Made by a program: the position numbers and the translations under genes. The notes under the pieces were generated by a model. The model did not search any database. It was not told where the DNA came from and saw nothing but the letters and a program-made list of their open reading frames with translations. This document shows positions 28,491 through 42,989 of a stretch of 64,000 bases of DNA, piece after piece (position 1 is the first letter of the stretch; each line of letters starts with the position of its first letter). Location of the stretch: assembly GCA_963803435.1 (NCBI GenBank), contig CAWDML010000003.1, forward strand, positions 704,001-768,000, in the 5' to 3' direction. The stretch is from an uncultured delta proteobacterium. Lineage in GTDB: Bacteria; Myxococcota; Kuafuiibacteriia; Kuafuiibacteriales; Kuafuiibacteriaceae.

Positions 28491-29255
28491 TCAATGCGCG
28501 GGGAGGGGCTCTTCGCGGGCGTCGGTGGGCTTCTCGAAGCGCTGGGGGTCGAACGGGACGAACGTGTGCTCGGAGAGGAGGACGGTGGTGAGGGGGGCGC
28601 CGACCATGCCCTGGTCGGAGCGCCAGTCGTGGATCGAGATGCGGGTGGGGAGGAGGACGCCGTCGACGGTGGTCCATGCCTCGTAGGAGGCGACGTGGGG
28701 GGTGGCCTCGGCTTGTTCGGCGGTCTTGCCGAAGGTGACGATGTACGCGAGGGCGCGGAGGCGATCGGTCGTGGGGGCTCGGTAGACGATGTACCAGTCT
28801 TCCGGGGTGTCGCCGACGCCGTTGTCGAAGGTCAGCTTGGCGGCGGGGAGGGGGAGACCGTCGAAGGGGCGGTCGCCGAGGGGTGACAGGTGGGTGCCGG
28901 GATCGGAGAGCTTCATGGGGGCCGCGATGAAATAGGGCCAGGTCAGGAGCTGGAAGCGAGCGCGGGGGAGCTCTGCGTCGGAGGGGGTCACCCACGCCGT
29001 GCGGCCGTCGAACACGGCCTCTGCGGCTTCGGTCGTGAAGCGGCTCTTCCCGAGAGGGGTGTCGAAGACGAACACGGCGTCGAAGCGGGTCTGGCCGCCG
29101 GACTCGAGCTGGACGCGGACCTGGAGCGCTTGGTGGGCGCGCCAGCCGGTGAGGTTGTGGGCGCGCTCGATACGTGCGGCGAAATCGGCCGGCGGAGGCG
29201 TGCTCCGGCAGGCGGACGGCGCGAGCACGAGCGCGAGCATCCAGGTCCGTCGCAT
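28491..29255 (-). CDS. Hypothetical lipoprotein (DUF6503-like)
   Basis: Lipobox PSAC; TWPYFIAAPMKLSDPG, GVGDTPEDWY. Confidence 0.6.
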   Translation of the reverse strand: MRRTWMLALVLAPSACRSTPPPADFAARIERAHNLTGWRAHQALQVRVQLESGGQTRFDAVFVFDTPLGKSRFTTEAAEAVFDGRTAWVTPSDAELPRARFQLLTWPYFIAAPMKLSDPGTHLSPLGDRPFDGLPLPAAKLTFDNGVGDTPEDWYIVYRAPTTDRLRALAYIVTFGKTAEQAEATPHVASYEAWTTVDGVLLPTRISIHDWRSDQGMVGAPLTTVLLSEHTFVPFDPQRFEKPTDAREEPLPAH

Positions 29256-29264
29256 CGAGGGGCC

Positions 29265-29933
29265 TCAGAACTTCTCGGCCGAGGGCCGCAGGTCGACCTC
29301 GAGCGTCCATGCGCTCTTCGGCTGCATGGCGAGCTGGTAGTACGTCTCGGCGATCGCGGCCGGCGAGAGCTGGGCGTCGGAGCTCACTCCAATCTGGCCG
29401 TCGATGACCACGTGCGCGACGTGGATCCCGCGGGGGCCGAGCTCGCGGGCCATGCTCTGGGCCAGGGCGCGGAGGCCGAACTTCGGGACGGCGAGGTTGG
29501 TGAAGCGGGCGCTGCCGCGGAGCGAGGCGGTGGCGCCGGTGAAGAGGATGGTGCCGCGGCCGCGATCGACCATGGCGCGGGCGGCGAGCTGTCCCACCAG
29601 AAACCCGCCGAGGCAGCCGGTGCGCCAGCAGTGCTCGAAGACCTCGGGGGCGATGTCGAGGATGCTGCCCGGGACGAAGGCGCCCGCGTTGAAGACGACG
29701 ACCTCGGGGGTGTCGATGGCGGTCGCCTCTGCGAACAATCGCGCGACCTCATCGGGTGCGGCCACGTCGCACGCGATCGCCTTCGCCTCCTTCGCGGCCG
29801 AGCGCGCGAGGAGCTCGTTCAGACGCTCGCGATTCCGGGCCGAGGCGACGACCGCCATTCCCGCCGAGGCGAATCGCTCGACCAACGCGAGGCCGAGGCC
29901 AGGGCCGACGCCGGCGATGAGTGCGAGGCTCAT
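29265..29933 (-). CDS. Short-chain dehydrogenase/reductase
   Basis: GVGPGLG, FNAG, TGATASLRG, KFGLRALAQSMARELGP. Confidence 0.9.
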   Translation of the reverse strand: MSLALIAGVGPGLGLALVERFASAGMAVVASARNRERLNELLARSAAKEAKAIACDVAAPDEVARLFAEATAIDTPEVVVFNAGAFVPGSILDIAPEVFEHCWRTGCLGGFLVGQLAARAMVDRGRGTILFTGATASLRGSARFTNLAVPKFGLRALAQSMARELGPRGIHVAHVVIDGQIGVSSDAQLSPAAIAETYYQLAMQPKSAWTLEVDLRPSAEKF

Positions 29934-29978
29934 GGGCGAAGACTAGCGAAGATCCCTGCGTCGTGCCCGTGCAACGGG

Positions 29979-31148
29979 CTACACCTCGTAGAGGCCGGCG
30001 GCGCCCATTCCGCCGCCGATGCACATCGACACCACGCCGTAACGCTTCTTGCGTCGCCGGAGCTCGTAGAGGAGCGTCGCCGTGAGCTTCGCGCCCGTGC
30101 AGCCAAGCGGGTGGCCGAGGGCGATGGCGCCGCCGTTGACGTTGAGGCGGTCGCCGGGGATCCCGAGCTCGCGCTGGCAGTACGCGGCCTGGGCCGCGAA
30201 GGCTTCGTTGATCTCGAAGAGATCGATGTCCCCGAGCGACAGGCCGGTCTGGGCGAGGAGCTTGCGGATGGCGGGGACGGGTCCGATGCCCATGATATCA
30301 GGAGGCACGCCCTGGACCGTGAAGCCGCGCATGCGGCCGAGCGGCTTCACGCCGAGAGACTTCGCATTCTCTTCGGAGAGGAGCACGGTGGCGGCGGCGC
30401 CGTCGTTCATCGGCGAGCTGTTGCCGGCGGTGACCGTGCCGCGGGCCGAGAAGGCCGGCTTGAGGGCGGCGAGGCCCTCGAGGGTGCTGTCCTTGCGCGG
30501 GCATTCGTCGACGCTGAAGTCGATCTCGCCGGCGTGGCCGCCCTCGAAGCGGCGCGCCTTGACGGTGAAGATCTCCTCCTCGAAACGGCCGGCCTCGATG
30601 GCAGCGATCGCCTTCGCGTGCGACTCGAGCGCGAAGGCGTCCTGGACCGCGCGGCTGACGTCGAACTTCTTCGCGATGCGCTCGGCGGTGTGGCCCATCG
30701 CGATGTAGGCCTCGGGAAACTCGTCGACCAGGCGCGGATTGAGGCTCAGCTTGTTGCCGCTCATCGGCACCATCGACATCGACTCGACGCCGCCGGCGAC
30801 CACCACTCCGGCGAGGCCCGACTGGATCGCAGCCGCGCCGTGCGCGATCGCCTGGAGCCCGCTCGAGCAGAAGCGGTTGATCGTCTCGCCGGTGACCGTG
30901 TCCGGCCACTTGGCCAGGAAGACGGCGTTGCGGGCCACGTTCAAGCCTTGCTCGCCCTCGGGGAACGCGCAGCCGAGCACGACGTCGTCTACGTCCTTCG
31001 GCTCGAGACCGGGGACGCGGGCGAGGGCGGCGCCCAGCGCGGCGGCGGCCAGATCGTCGGGACGTGTGTCCCTCAGCGTGCCCTTCTTGGCGCGGCCGAC
31101 GGCGGTGCGCGTCGCGGCGGCGACGATGACGTTCAGCGGAAATGCCAT
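29979..31148 (-). CDS. fadA: Acetyl-CoA acyltransferase (3-ketoacyl-CoA thiolase)
   Basis: [29 protein letters not shown]. Confidence 0.93.
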   Translation of the reverse strand: MAFPLNVIVAAATRTAVGRAKKGTLRDTRPDDLAAAALGAALARVPGLEPKDVDDVVLGCAFPEGEQGLNVARNAVFLAKWPDTVTGETINRFCSSGLQAIAHGAAAIQSGLAGVVVAGGVESMSMVPMSGNKLSLNPRLVDEFPEAYIAMGHTAERIAKKFDVSRAVQDAFALESHAKAIAAIEAGRFEEEIFTVKARRFEGGHAGEIDFSVDECPRKDSTLEGLAALKPAFSARGTVTAGNSSPMNDGAAATVLLSEENAKSLGVKPLGRMRGFTVQGVPPDIMGIGPVPAIRKLLAQTGLSLGDIDLFEINEAFAAQAAYCQRELGIPGDRLNVNGGAIALGHPLGCTGAKLTATLLYELRRRKKRYGVVSMCIGGGMGAAGLYEV

Positions 31149-31150
31149 GG

Positions 31151-33505
<2,355 letters not shown>

Positions 33506-33517
33506 GCGCGGACCGTA

Positions 33518-34429
33518 TCAGATCTTCTCGAGCTCTCGCACCACGACTTCCGCGCTCAGCGGGCGCACCTCCCGCCTCTTCTCGAGCAGCATCATGGTCA
33601 GGCGCGCGAGCGGCCCGTCGAACGCCAGCGGTGGCGGCAGCAGGGTCAGGTGCGCCGCGAACAGATCCTGCACGCCGCCCGAGAACGGCGGCCGGCCCGC
33701 GAGCATCTCGTAGAGCACGACCCCCAGCGAGTAGAGGTCGGAGCTCGGCGTCGCGGGATCACCGCACGCAACCTCGGGCGCCAGGTAGTCCGGCGTCCCC
33801 ACGACCGTTCCGAAGTTGGTCAACTTCACTTGCGCGAGCGCGTCCGCCGACGTGCTGATCGCGACCAGACCGAAGTCGAACAGCTTGGCCTGCTCCGCCC
33901 CGCCGGTCTCCACCAGCATGATGTTGCCGGGCGTGATGTCCCGGTGGACGAATCCCATCGCGTGGGCCGCCGAGAGCCCGCGCGCCACGTCGATCGCGAT
34001 CTTGGCGGCGCGCCGGGGCTCGAGCGGTCCCGCCGCCACCGCGCGGCTGAGCGGCTCACCCACCAGCAGCTCCATGACCAGATAGGTCAGCCCTCGCTCA
34101 TTCCGATCGAAGTCGAACACTGCTGCAACGTTAGGATGGCGGATCATGCTCATCGCGAGCGCTTCGCGACGGAAGCGCTCGGCGATCACCGGCGTGGAGG
34201 CCATCTCGCCGAGCATCAGCTTGAGCGCGGCGACCCGATCCTGGCGCTCATCATGGACGCGATACAGGACGGCCACGCCGCCCTCTGCGAGGCGCTCGAG
34301 GATCCGGTAGTGGGCGACGGTCTGCCCGATCATGGGATCGATCTCGGTCTCGATCAGGGTGGTGCCGTCGAGGCCGCAGCGCGGTGCGGTCGTCCGATAC
34401 GTCAGCCCGCACAGGGGACAGCAGCGCAC
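33518..34429 (-). CDS. Small Ser/Thr protein kinase with N-terminal Cys motif
   Basis: CPLC...CGLDG, AALK, HRDITPGN, DFG, GTPDYLAPE. Confidence 0.88.
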   Translation of the reverse strand: MRCCPLCGLTYRTTAPRCGLDGTTLIETEIDPMIGQTVAHYRILERLAEGGVAVLYRVHDERQDRVAALKLMLGEMASTPVIAERFRREALAMSMIRHPNVAAVFDFDRNERGLTYLVMELLVGEPLSRAVAAGPLEPRRAAKIAIDVARGLSAAHAMGFVHRDITPGNIMLVETGGAEQAKLFDFGLVAISTSADALAQVKLTNFGTVVGTPDYLAPEVACGDPATPSSDLYSLGVVLYEMLAGRPPFSGGVQDLFAAHLTLLPPPLAFDGPLARLTMMLLEKRREVRPLSAEVVVRELEKI

Positions 34430-34474
34430 GGCGCCGAAGCTAGGGTCCCGGCGGCGAATAAGCCAGCCGCGGCT

Positions 34475-35900
34475 TCAGGTCTTGGGCGGGCTGAGCGCGC
34501 CCGGCCCCGAACCCTCGACGCTGAGGGCGCCGCGCTCCGGCTCAGCCTCCACCAGGCTGAGGCCGCCGGTCCCGAAGGGGCCGATCCGGGCCCGGATCGC
34601 CTGGATGGCCTGGTGGGCCGCGATCCGGAGGCGGCGATCCCGGGGCGACTTCGTGGCCGGGAGGAGCTTCGAGACGGCGCGCCGGCTGCCCATGCTACCG
34701 AGCGCCTCGGCGGCGGCGAGCTGGACGTCGATCGCCTGTCCCTCGAGCAGGCCGAGCAGGGCCTCCTCGCTCTCGGGAACCCCGAGGCTCCCCAGGGCTT
34801 GCGCCACCGCCGCGCCGATTCTCGGGATCCGTGATGTTTCGGGCCACCTCGCTGAGCCAGGGGGCGGCCGGCCGGTAGCGGAGCTCGCCCAAGTGCCGGA
34901 CGGCGATGCGGACCAGGTGCCGGTCGCCGTCCTCGAGGACCTGGTGGAGGACCGGCACCGTGCGCTCAGGCTTGAAGCGCCGGATCAGGTGGCGAAGGGC
35001 GCGCTCGGTGAGTCCGTCGGAGGCCTCGGGATCGCGGATGACGCTCTCGATGATTCCGAAGCTCCCGGACTTGAGGTGCCGCGCTGCGGCGAAGCGAACC
35101 TCGGGGGCGGGATCGCGGAGCGCCAGGGCCAGCGTGGTCTGGCGATGCTCGGGGACCTGGGCCAGCATCACGTCGGCGGCGCGGCTCCGCACCGCCACGT
35201 CCGGATCCAGCTCGAGGTTCTCGAGGAGCAGGCGGGCCTCGTCCAGCGTGCCTGCGTGGGTGCCGTCCACCAGCCGGCGGCTCGCATGCACCAGCGCTCC
35301 GATCAGGACGTCGACCGCCCCGTCGCGCACCGCGAACGGAGAGTCGAACATCAGGAAGCCGTCGCCCAGCGCCAGCTGATCGCCGCGGCGGGTGGTGGAG
35401 CGCAGCCGGCCGTCGAGGAGGGCAGCGATCGTCCGCTCCGGCCCGAAGCTGGCCTCTTCGCCTCCGAACTGCACGTGAAGGTTGAGCTCTCGCGGGAGGT
35501 GCTCGCGAAGGTCGAGCACGATCGCGCACCCGATCACCTCGTGTGCGTTCACCTGATCCTGACGGCTCCACGGGAAGCCGGTGATCGTCCCGCCGGGATC
35601 GACGGTGCGCGGCTGGGTCCGCATCAACACGCGCAGGCCGTCGATCACGCCCTCGTGATCGCGCGTGCCGAGCGTCGGGCGCGTGAACGCGGTGGTGTCG
35701 AAGATCTTCTTCACGTCGTGGGAGTCGGTGGGTGTGAGCCGGCCGGTGCTGGCGCGGAGCAGGCGACGGCCCGCCCGCTGCGCCAGGAGCCGCCGCGTGA
35801 GCCAGAAGATCGGAGCGGCCAACAGATTACCCGTGTAATAGGTGAGGGCGATCGGGACCGCGAGCAGACAGAGGAAACAGACGAGCGCGAAGAACCACAT
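34475..35900 (-). CDS. Membrane-anchored HEAT-repeat protein, frameshift near 34818
   Basis: N-terminal TM; repeats DPDVAVRSRAA and DPAPEVRFAAA; continues AQALGSLG...GGLSLVE in another frame. Confidence 0.7.
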
Positions 35901-35940
35901 CCCTACGACACATCGATGGTGCGCTCGGGTTCCGCGAACC

Positions 35941-37620
35941 TCAATGCCTGCGCAGTGTGCCGGCGTACACGGGCCCAAGCTCCGCGGGGTCCTGCAACGG
36001 CCGCGAGCAGGCTCCTGCCACGCACAAGTACGCGGCCGGGGCCGGCTTCCGCGGATACTTCGTGTCGGGCTGACCCGGGTCCAGCCACAGCACTCGGCGG
36101 TAGAGCGCGGGGAGCGCCCGCGCCGCCGAGAAGAGGCGTCGCGCGAGCGGGTCCGCGCGGGTACCGACCACGGTCAGCTCGGCCGGCGACGAGGCGAGCT
36201 CTCGATCCGCAAGCACCACGCCGATCAAGAACCGCCGCTCGGCGATCACCGAGGGTGAGCTCAGATAGCGCATCGCGTGCTCGGCGATCGCACGGTGCGA
36301 GGCCTCTCCGGTGTAGCGATGGATCCGGTTCGCGGTGCGGGCCACCGTCAGGTTCTCGTCGAGCTGGCGGTAGGGCTCCGCCAGCGCGCCTCGAGCGCGG
36401 TCGTCGATCGTCGAGGTCTGATACCCGCCGCTCTCGACGCGGTAGATCCGGTCGATCGCGGCGAGCGTCTCCTCGGCCAGCACCCGCCAGCGCAGCTCGG
36501 CCGTGACCTCGTACAAGGACAGGAGCGCCTCCACCATCGCGACGTCGTCACCGAGCGTGGGGCGCGTGTCGCCGGTGCCATGAGCGAAGGTGCCGTCCGG
36601 ACGCCGCCGGTTCTTCAGCACCCACTCCGCGGCGCGCCGTGCCTCCGCGATCGCACGCTCGTCCTCGAACGCGCTCCCGTACGCACAGAGCGCGGCGATC
36701 GCCCAGCCGTTCTCCCGGGAGAAGCGGTGCTCGTCGATCCGGCGCGAGTCCGCGTCCTGGCTGGTGTAGAAGGCGCCCTCGGGGGAGCGCAGGCGCTCGA
36801 TCAGGAAGCGGTGGAGGCCGTCGGCGGCGGTCCGATATCTCGGCTCGGCGAAGATCCGCGACGCCAGGCTGTACAGGCGCAGGTTGCTCGCCTGGTACTC
36901 CATGATCTTCTCGTAGTGCGGCGAGCCCCATGGATCGTCGGGCTTCGAGGCATCGGAGTACTGGCAGATGCCGCCGGTCTTTCGATCGATCAGGCGCAGG
37001 TTGGCGTCGAGCGTCTGTCGCGCCATCCCGGTGAGCTTCGCGTCGCCGGCCAGCGCGCCCTCGAGCGCATACTCCATGCTCTCTGTATGGAGGTAGTGGT
37101 GGACGTCGCCCCAGCCCCCGTGCGCGTCGTCGTACACGGCGAGGTAGCGGTCGAGGAGGTCCTGGCGTTGCGGCTCGCTGAGCGCGTGCGTGTCGACGGC
37201 CTGGAACGGCTCGTCCGCGAACACCGACGGGCCCGGCGTCGGATCGTCCGCGACCGCCGCCAGCATCGCGGCCATGCGCTTCGGCACCAGATAGCCGCGG
37301 AGCTTCACCAGCTCGGCGCCGTCCGGAGCGAAGACGATCGTGGCGGGCCAGCCGTAGTCCTCGTACCGCTGGGCCAGCTCCGGGAACCGGTCGGCGTCTG
37401 CGCGCACGGCGAGGAAGCGATCGCCGATGATCTTCACCACCTTCGGATCTCGATACGTGACGGCGTCCATCACGTGGCACCAGTGGCACCAGCCCGCCCC
37501 GAGATCGAGGAGCACCAGCCGGTGCTCGGCCCGGGCGCGCTGGAACACCTCGGGCGACCAGGGTTGCCAGGCGATGTCGGCCGGCACGGCGGCGGAGGCG
37601 AGGAGCAGCACGGGCAGCAT
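35941..37620 (-). CDS. Secreted thioredoxin-domain (DUF255/SSP411-like) protein with alpha/alpha-barrel
   Basis: WCHWCHVMD, GWPAT, PHYEKIM, GAFYTSQDAD. Confidence 0.85.
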   Translation of the reverse strand: MLPVLLLASAAVPADIAWQPWSPEVFQRARAEHRLVLLDLGAGWCHWCHVMDAVTYRDPKVVKIIGDRFLAVRADADRFPELAQRYEDYGWPATIVFAPDGAELVKLRGYLVPKRMAAMLAAVADDPTPGPSVFADEPFQAVDTHALSEPQRQDLLDRYLAVYDDAHGGWGDVHHYLHTESMEYALEGALAGDAKLTGMARQTLDANLRLIDRKTGGICQYSDASKPDDPWGSPHYEKIMEYQASNLRLYSLASRIFAEPRYRTAADGLHRFLIERLRSPEGAFYTSQDADSRRIDEHRFSRENGWAIAALCAYGSAFEDERAIAEARRAAEWVLKNRRRPDGTFAHGTGDTRPTLGDDVAMVEALLSLYEVTAELRWRVLAEETLAAIDRIYRVESGGYQTSTIDDRARGALAEPYRQLDENLTVARTANRIHRYTGEASHRAIAEHAMRYLSSPSVIAERRFLIGVVLADRELASSPAELTVVGTRADPLARRLFSAARALPALYRRVLWLDPGQPDTKYPRKPAPAAYLCVAGACSRPLQDPAELGPVYAGTLRRH

Positions 37621-37662
37621 TCGTAGGGAGTACGCCGGTGGACCCCTTTCGGGATCTTTCGC

Positions 37663-38898
37663 CTAAAACGACTCGTTTCGCCACCAGGCCAGGCGATCTC
37701 GGGAGCCGAACTCGAACGTCGAGGTCACCAGATCGACCTTGCCGTCGCCGTCCATGTCCGCCGCCGACAGACCGCTGAGGCCTGCGTAACCGCCGCGCAC
37801 GTCCCGCTCTTCGTAGCCGACGCCGGCGCGGCGATACACCCGGAGGTCGCCGAGCGAGTCGCTGACGGCGATGTCGAGCGCGCCGTCGCCGTCGAAGTCG
37901 GCCAGGGCGAGCCGCGGTCGATCGGTGTTGGCCGCGCCGAAGCCGGAGGCCACCGGGGTCCGCGTCCACGGGTCGGAGGCCCGCGCAGGGGCCTCGTAGA
38001 TCGCGATGGTGATGCTGCTGGTCAGCGACGCCTCGGCCGCGACCAGCTCGGGTACGCCGTCGCCGTCGACGTCCGCGAACGCGAGGGACTTGGTCTGTGT
38101 CAGGTTCGCGACCGTGTACTTCACGAAGCGGGGGTCCTGTCCCTGCGTCCCGCTGTTGCGGTACCACGCCAGCTCCTGCGCGCCGGCGGCGAGGACGTCG
38201 AGGCGTCCGTCGGCATCGGCGTCGGCGATGAGCACGTCGGCGACGTCGGTGGCGGCCGTGTCGATCGCGAGCGGGCCGGTGAACGTGCCGTCGCCGGCGC
38301 TCTTGTACCAGGTCACTCTGTTGCCGTGGATCCGGCCGGCCGCGTCGCTCGCGTTGTTCTGGCCCACGACCAGGTCGGCGATGCCGTCGCCGTCGAGATC
38401 GCCCGCGGTCACGCTGGTGCCGCCCCAGACCAGATCGTCGGAGGAGGACGAGGTGTCCGCGAGATCGGGCCGCGAGATCGGGCGCGTGGTCCACTCCCCG
38501 CGCGGATCGCCGGGGTTCTCGTACCAGACCAGCTCGCCCGCGGAGATGTTGAAGAAGCGGCGCTGGGTGAGCGCGACCGCCACGACGTCGAGATCGGCGT
38601 CGCCGTCCACGTCGAGGGTGATGGTGTCGGCCGCGACGATCGAACCGGCGCCCGAGATCGAGATGGGCTCGAAGACGCCCTCGCCCTGGTTGAGGTAGAC
38701 GTGAACGGCGTCGGTCAGGCTGAAGGCGGCGACGATGTCCGTCCGTCCGTCGCCGTCGAGGTCGACCGTCTCCAGCTGCTGGCCGTGATGGATCGACTTG
38801 TCGATGATCGTCTCGCGGAAGCCGCCGGTGACCGGGATCTCCGGCGTGCAGGCGGCCAGCGCGAAAAGGAGGAGCGGGCTCCGCCGGGGCGGGCTCAT
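37663..38898 (-). CDS. FG-GAP/VCBS repeat lipoprotein
   Basis: Lipobox LAAC; seven DxDGDGxxD-type repeats, several followed by WY.N. Confidence 0.88.
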   Translation of the reverse strand: MSPPRRSPLLLFALAACTPEIPVTGGFRETIIDKSIHHGQQLETVDLDGDGRTDIVAAFSLTDAVHVYLNQGEGVFEPISISGAGSIVAADTITLDVDGDADLDVVAVALTQRRFFNISAGELVWYENPGDPRGEWTTRPISRPDLADTSSSSDDLVWGGTSVTAGDLDGDGIADLVVGQNNASDAAGRIHGNRVTWYKSAGDGTFTGPLAIDTAATDVADVLIADADADGRLDVLAAGAQELAWYRNSGTQGQDPRFVKYTVANLTQTKSLAFADVDGDGVPELVAAEASLTSSITIAIYEAPARASDPWTRTPVASGFGAANTDRPRLALADFDGDGALDIAVSDSLGDLRVYRRAGVGYEERDVRGGYAGLSGLSAADMDGDGKVDLVTSTFEFGSRDRLAWWRNESF

Positions 38899-38911
38899 GC
38901 CGCGGAGCCTA

Positions 38912-39910
<999 letters not shown>

Positions 39911-39950
39911 GGCTATGGCCCGGGAGCCTGTGGGCAACTAACGCGCGGTG

Positions 39951-40898
39951 TCAAGGTTCCCGACTTTTATGTATGGAAATTTGAGCCGTTCCTACGGAAA
40001 CGTCGGGACTTTCGCTTGAACGGCCCGCGCCTGCTGCGCGTCGCGTCGCCAGTGCAACGGTCGCCAGCACCAGCCCGCCGCCCGCCAGCGTGCGCGCCGA
40101 CGGGATCTCGCCGAGCAGGATCGCCGCGGCCGCCACGCCCACCACCGGCTCGAGGGTCCCGATGAGGCTGGCGACGCGAGCCGGGACGTCGCGCAGGCCG
40201 TGGATGAACAGCGCGTGCGCGACGCCCGTGAACACGATCCCGAGGAGGGCGACGAGCGCGAGCGCGCGACCATCGAGGGCGAGCTGGGGACGGAGCGGGA
40301 GGAGCAACAGGCAGGCGACCGCGTTCTGCCAGAGGCCGAGCGTCAGGGCGTCGATCGCGACCTCGCGGGCGACGAAGCGCCGGTTGAGCACCGTGACGAC
40401 GGCGTACAGCGCACCCGAGAGGACGCCGACCAGCGCACCCTCGGCGCCGGCGGTCCGAAGGTCGAAGGAGGGCACCACCAGCGCCACCCCGGCGAATGCG
40501 AGCACCGCGAAGACGAGCGCGTCGAAGCGGAAGCGCTCCCCTGGAAGGAGCGGCTCGAGCAGGGCCACGATCACCGGGAAGGTCGAGAAGCTCAGGAGCC
40601 CGATCGCGACGGTGGAGATCTGGATCGCGTGGAAGAACGTGACCCAATGGGCGGCCAGGAACGCGCCCATGCCGATCAGGATCAGCGCGGTCTTACGATC
40701 GACCTTGCCGGCCGTCGCGCGCCGGGTGCGGGCGGTCGCGGCGGCTCCGATCCCGAGCGTGATCGAGGCGAACAGGCTCCGCCACCAGACGATCGCGACC
40801 GGCGACAGCGCCAGCCACTTTCCGAACAACCCGGCCAGGCCGAACAGAAGTACGGCGCCGTAGACCGTGACGAGGCCCCGCCGCCGGCCGGGCGTCAC
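39951..40898 (-). CDS. DMT/EamA family transporter
   Basis: Two EamA repeats, about 10 TMs, TLEPVVG...LLGE; GTG start overlaps the upstream stop. Confidence 0.85.
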   Translation of the reverse strand: MTPGRRRGLVTVYGAVLLFGLAGLFGKWLALSPVAIVWWRSLFASITLGIGAAATARTRRATAGKVDRKTALILIGMGAFLAAHWVTFFHAIQISTVAIGLLSFSTFPVIVALLEPLLPGERFRFDALVFAVLAFAGVALVVPSFDLRTAGAEGALVGVLSGALYAVVTVLNRRFVAREVAIDALTLGLWQNAVACLLLLPLRPQLALDGRALALVALLGIVFTGVAHALFIHGLRDVPARVASLIGTLEPVVGVAAAAILLGEIPSARTLAGGGLVLATVALATRRAAGAGRSSESPDVSVGTAQISIHKSREP

Positions 40899-41718
40899 GC
40901 TGGCTGCTCGTGCTGGCGCCGGCGGAACAGGGGTCCGACCGGAGTGAAGAGGAGGCGGAGCAGCCAGCGGGGCGTGTACATGCCGCTCTTCACCAGCAGG
41001 GACATCAGGAACCCGGGGACGATCATCGCGCGTCCGCGGCCGAAGCCGGACAGCGCGATCCGCGCGCATCGCTCGGCGCTCAAGGTGATGAACGAAGGGA
41101 TCGGGCGTCCCACGGGATTGCCGGAGACCTCGACGAACTCGGTGTCCACCGGACCCGGGCACACCTGCGTGACCACGACGCCCAGGCTCCTGGCCTCGAG
41201 CCGGATCGACTCGGTGAAGCCGGTGACGAAGTGCTTGGTGCCGACGTACGCGGCGAAGCCGGGCATGAAGGTGAGGCCCCAGCCCGAGCTCATGTTGAGG
41301 ATGCCGCCCTTCCTTTGCTTCAACATGCCGGGGAGGAAGCGGTGCGTGAGGAGCGCGACGGCCTCCACGTTCACGCGGATCATGCGGAGCATCTTGTCCC
41401 AGTCCGTCAGATCGTAGAGCCCGACGTCGCCGAAGCCGGCGTTGTTGATCAGGACATCGATCGATCCGTGGGCGTCGAGGACCTGGCGGCAGAGCGCGTC
41501 GGTTTCGTCGAGCTCGGCGAGGTCGGTCGTGAAGAGCTCGACCGCGAGCGACGGATGGGCGGCCCGGAGCTCGGCTTCCAGCGCCTCGAGCCGATCGCGG
41601 CGCCGCGCCACCAGGATCAAGGTCTTGGCGCGGGACCCCAGCTGGCGCGCCATCTCGCGGCCGATGCCGCTCGATGCGCCGGTGAGGAGGATAACGCCGC
41701 CGTCGATGGGGGTCGCAC
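40895..41718 (-). CDS. Short-chain dehydrogenase/reductase; probable 1-nt deletion in the homopolymer at 41708-41712
   Basis: TGASSGIG, NNAG, YVGTK. Adding one base gives a GTG start reading MRPPIDGG. Confidence 0.85.
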
Positions 41719-41761
41719 CCGTCCTGCATGCCGGGGGCGACGGGGGGATTGCAAGCTCGGT

Positions 41762-42889
41762 TCAACGATCGAGGCTGGCGAGCACCCGGCGCGCCTGGCC
41801 GGCGACCGGCGACTGCGGATAGTCCTCGACGATCAGCGTCGCCACCACGCGGGCGTCGTCCTTGACGCCGAAGCTCACGTACTGGGCGAGGGCGTTGTAG
41901 AGGGCCTTGTCGGCGTGCGGTGACTCCGGGAACTCGTCCTGGTAGCGGCGGAAGCGCTGGGCGGCCTCGAGCAGCAGACGCCTTCGCTCGGCGCCCCGCT
42001 GTCCCTGCGCGCGCTCGAGAACCTGCCAGGCGTTCTGGAACGCGACCTCGTGGAGCGTCTCCTCGACGACGTCGGCGAGACGGCGGTGGTGCTCCATGGC
42101 GCCGCGGTTCTGCCAGAGGAGTCGGCTGTAGCGCTCGAGCTCACCGAGCTGCTCCGAGGCGCTGAACATGTTGAGGATGACGTTCCCGCAGGTCAGCGCA
42201 AGATCGTTCCGAGGCCAGCGCTCGACGATCCGGAGGCAGCGATCGGCGGCGTCGGCGAAGTGCCGGTGACGGAAGTACGAGTGGGCCGAGATCAGCTGGA
42301 TCGTCGGGAGCGCCTGCTCCTGCGGCTCGGCGATGGCGACGTAGCGATCGGCGGCGTCGGCGAGCCGCTGCTCGACTTCTGACATCTCGACCTCGGCGTA
42401 GCGTCCCGGCGCGAGCGTATCGAACACGACGTCGTCCCACATGAACTCGAGCGCGGCGCGGTCGACGTCCTCGTCCTCGGAGAGCGCGCGGAACCAGCCG
42501 GCGGCCGCATCACCCTGATCGAGCACGCGGCGCCAGGCGAGAATGGAGTTGCGTGCGGCGGCGCGCGCGAAGTGATCGGAACCGGCAGCGACGGCCTCGA
42601 AGGCGAGCGCTGCCTCGTGCCATCGGCCCTGCGCGTAGAGCAGCTTGCCGTAGCGGTTCCTCGCCTCGCGGTCGTCGGGGTGGGCGGCGAGATGGGTCTC
42701 GTACGTCGCCGTCACGCGCTGATAGGTGTCCTCGCCCCGCCCTCGAAAGGCCTCGTCCCACGCCGACTCGACCGGGCTCTTCTCGCGGACTTCGTTCGCG
42801 GACGGTTCGTCAATCGCGCGGGCATCTGGTCGAGTCGAGGCGCATCCGGCCAGCATCGTCGCGAGGGCGAGAGCACGTGCGTTCTTCAA
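41762..42889 (-). CDS. TPR lipoprotein (BamD/YfiO-like repeats); start approximate
   Basis: Lipobox LAGC; FPESPHADKALYNA, YPQSPVAGQA. Confidence 0.7.
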   Translation of the reverse strand: MKNARALALATMLAGCASTRPDARAIDEPSANEVREKSPVESAWDEAFRGRGEDTYQRVTATYETHLAAHPDDREARNRYGKLLYAQGRWHEAALAFEAVAAGSDHFARAAARNSILAWRRVLDQGDAAAGWFRALSEDEDVDRAALEFMWDDVVFDTLAPGRYAEVEMSEVEQRLADAADRYVAIAEPQEQALPTIQLISAHSYFRHRHFADAADRCLRIVERWPRNDLALTCGNVILNMFSASEQLGELERYSRLLWQNRGAMEHHRRLADVVEETLHEVAFQNAWQVLERAQGQRGAERRRLLLEAAQRFRRYQDEFPESPHADKALYNALAQYVSFGVKDDARVVATLIVEDYPQSPVAGQARRVLASLDR

Positions 42890-42989
42890 CGTCGAACACT
42901 GTAACGGAGGTGGAGGGAGCGACGGAATGTGAACGCAGGTTGGTCGCGGTCCCCACAGGAGGTGGCGACGCACCACGGACCAGAGCGTC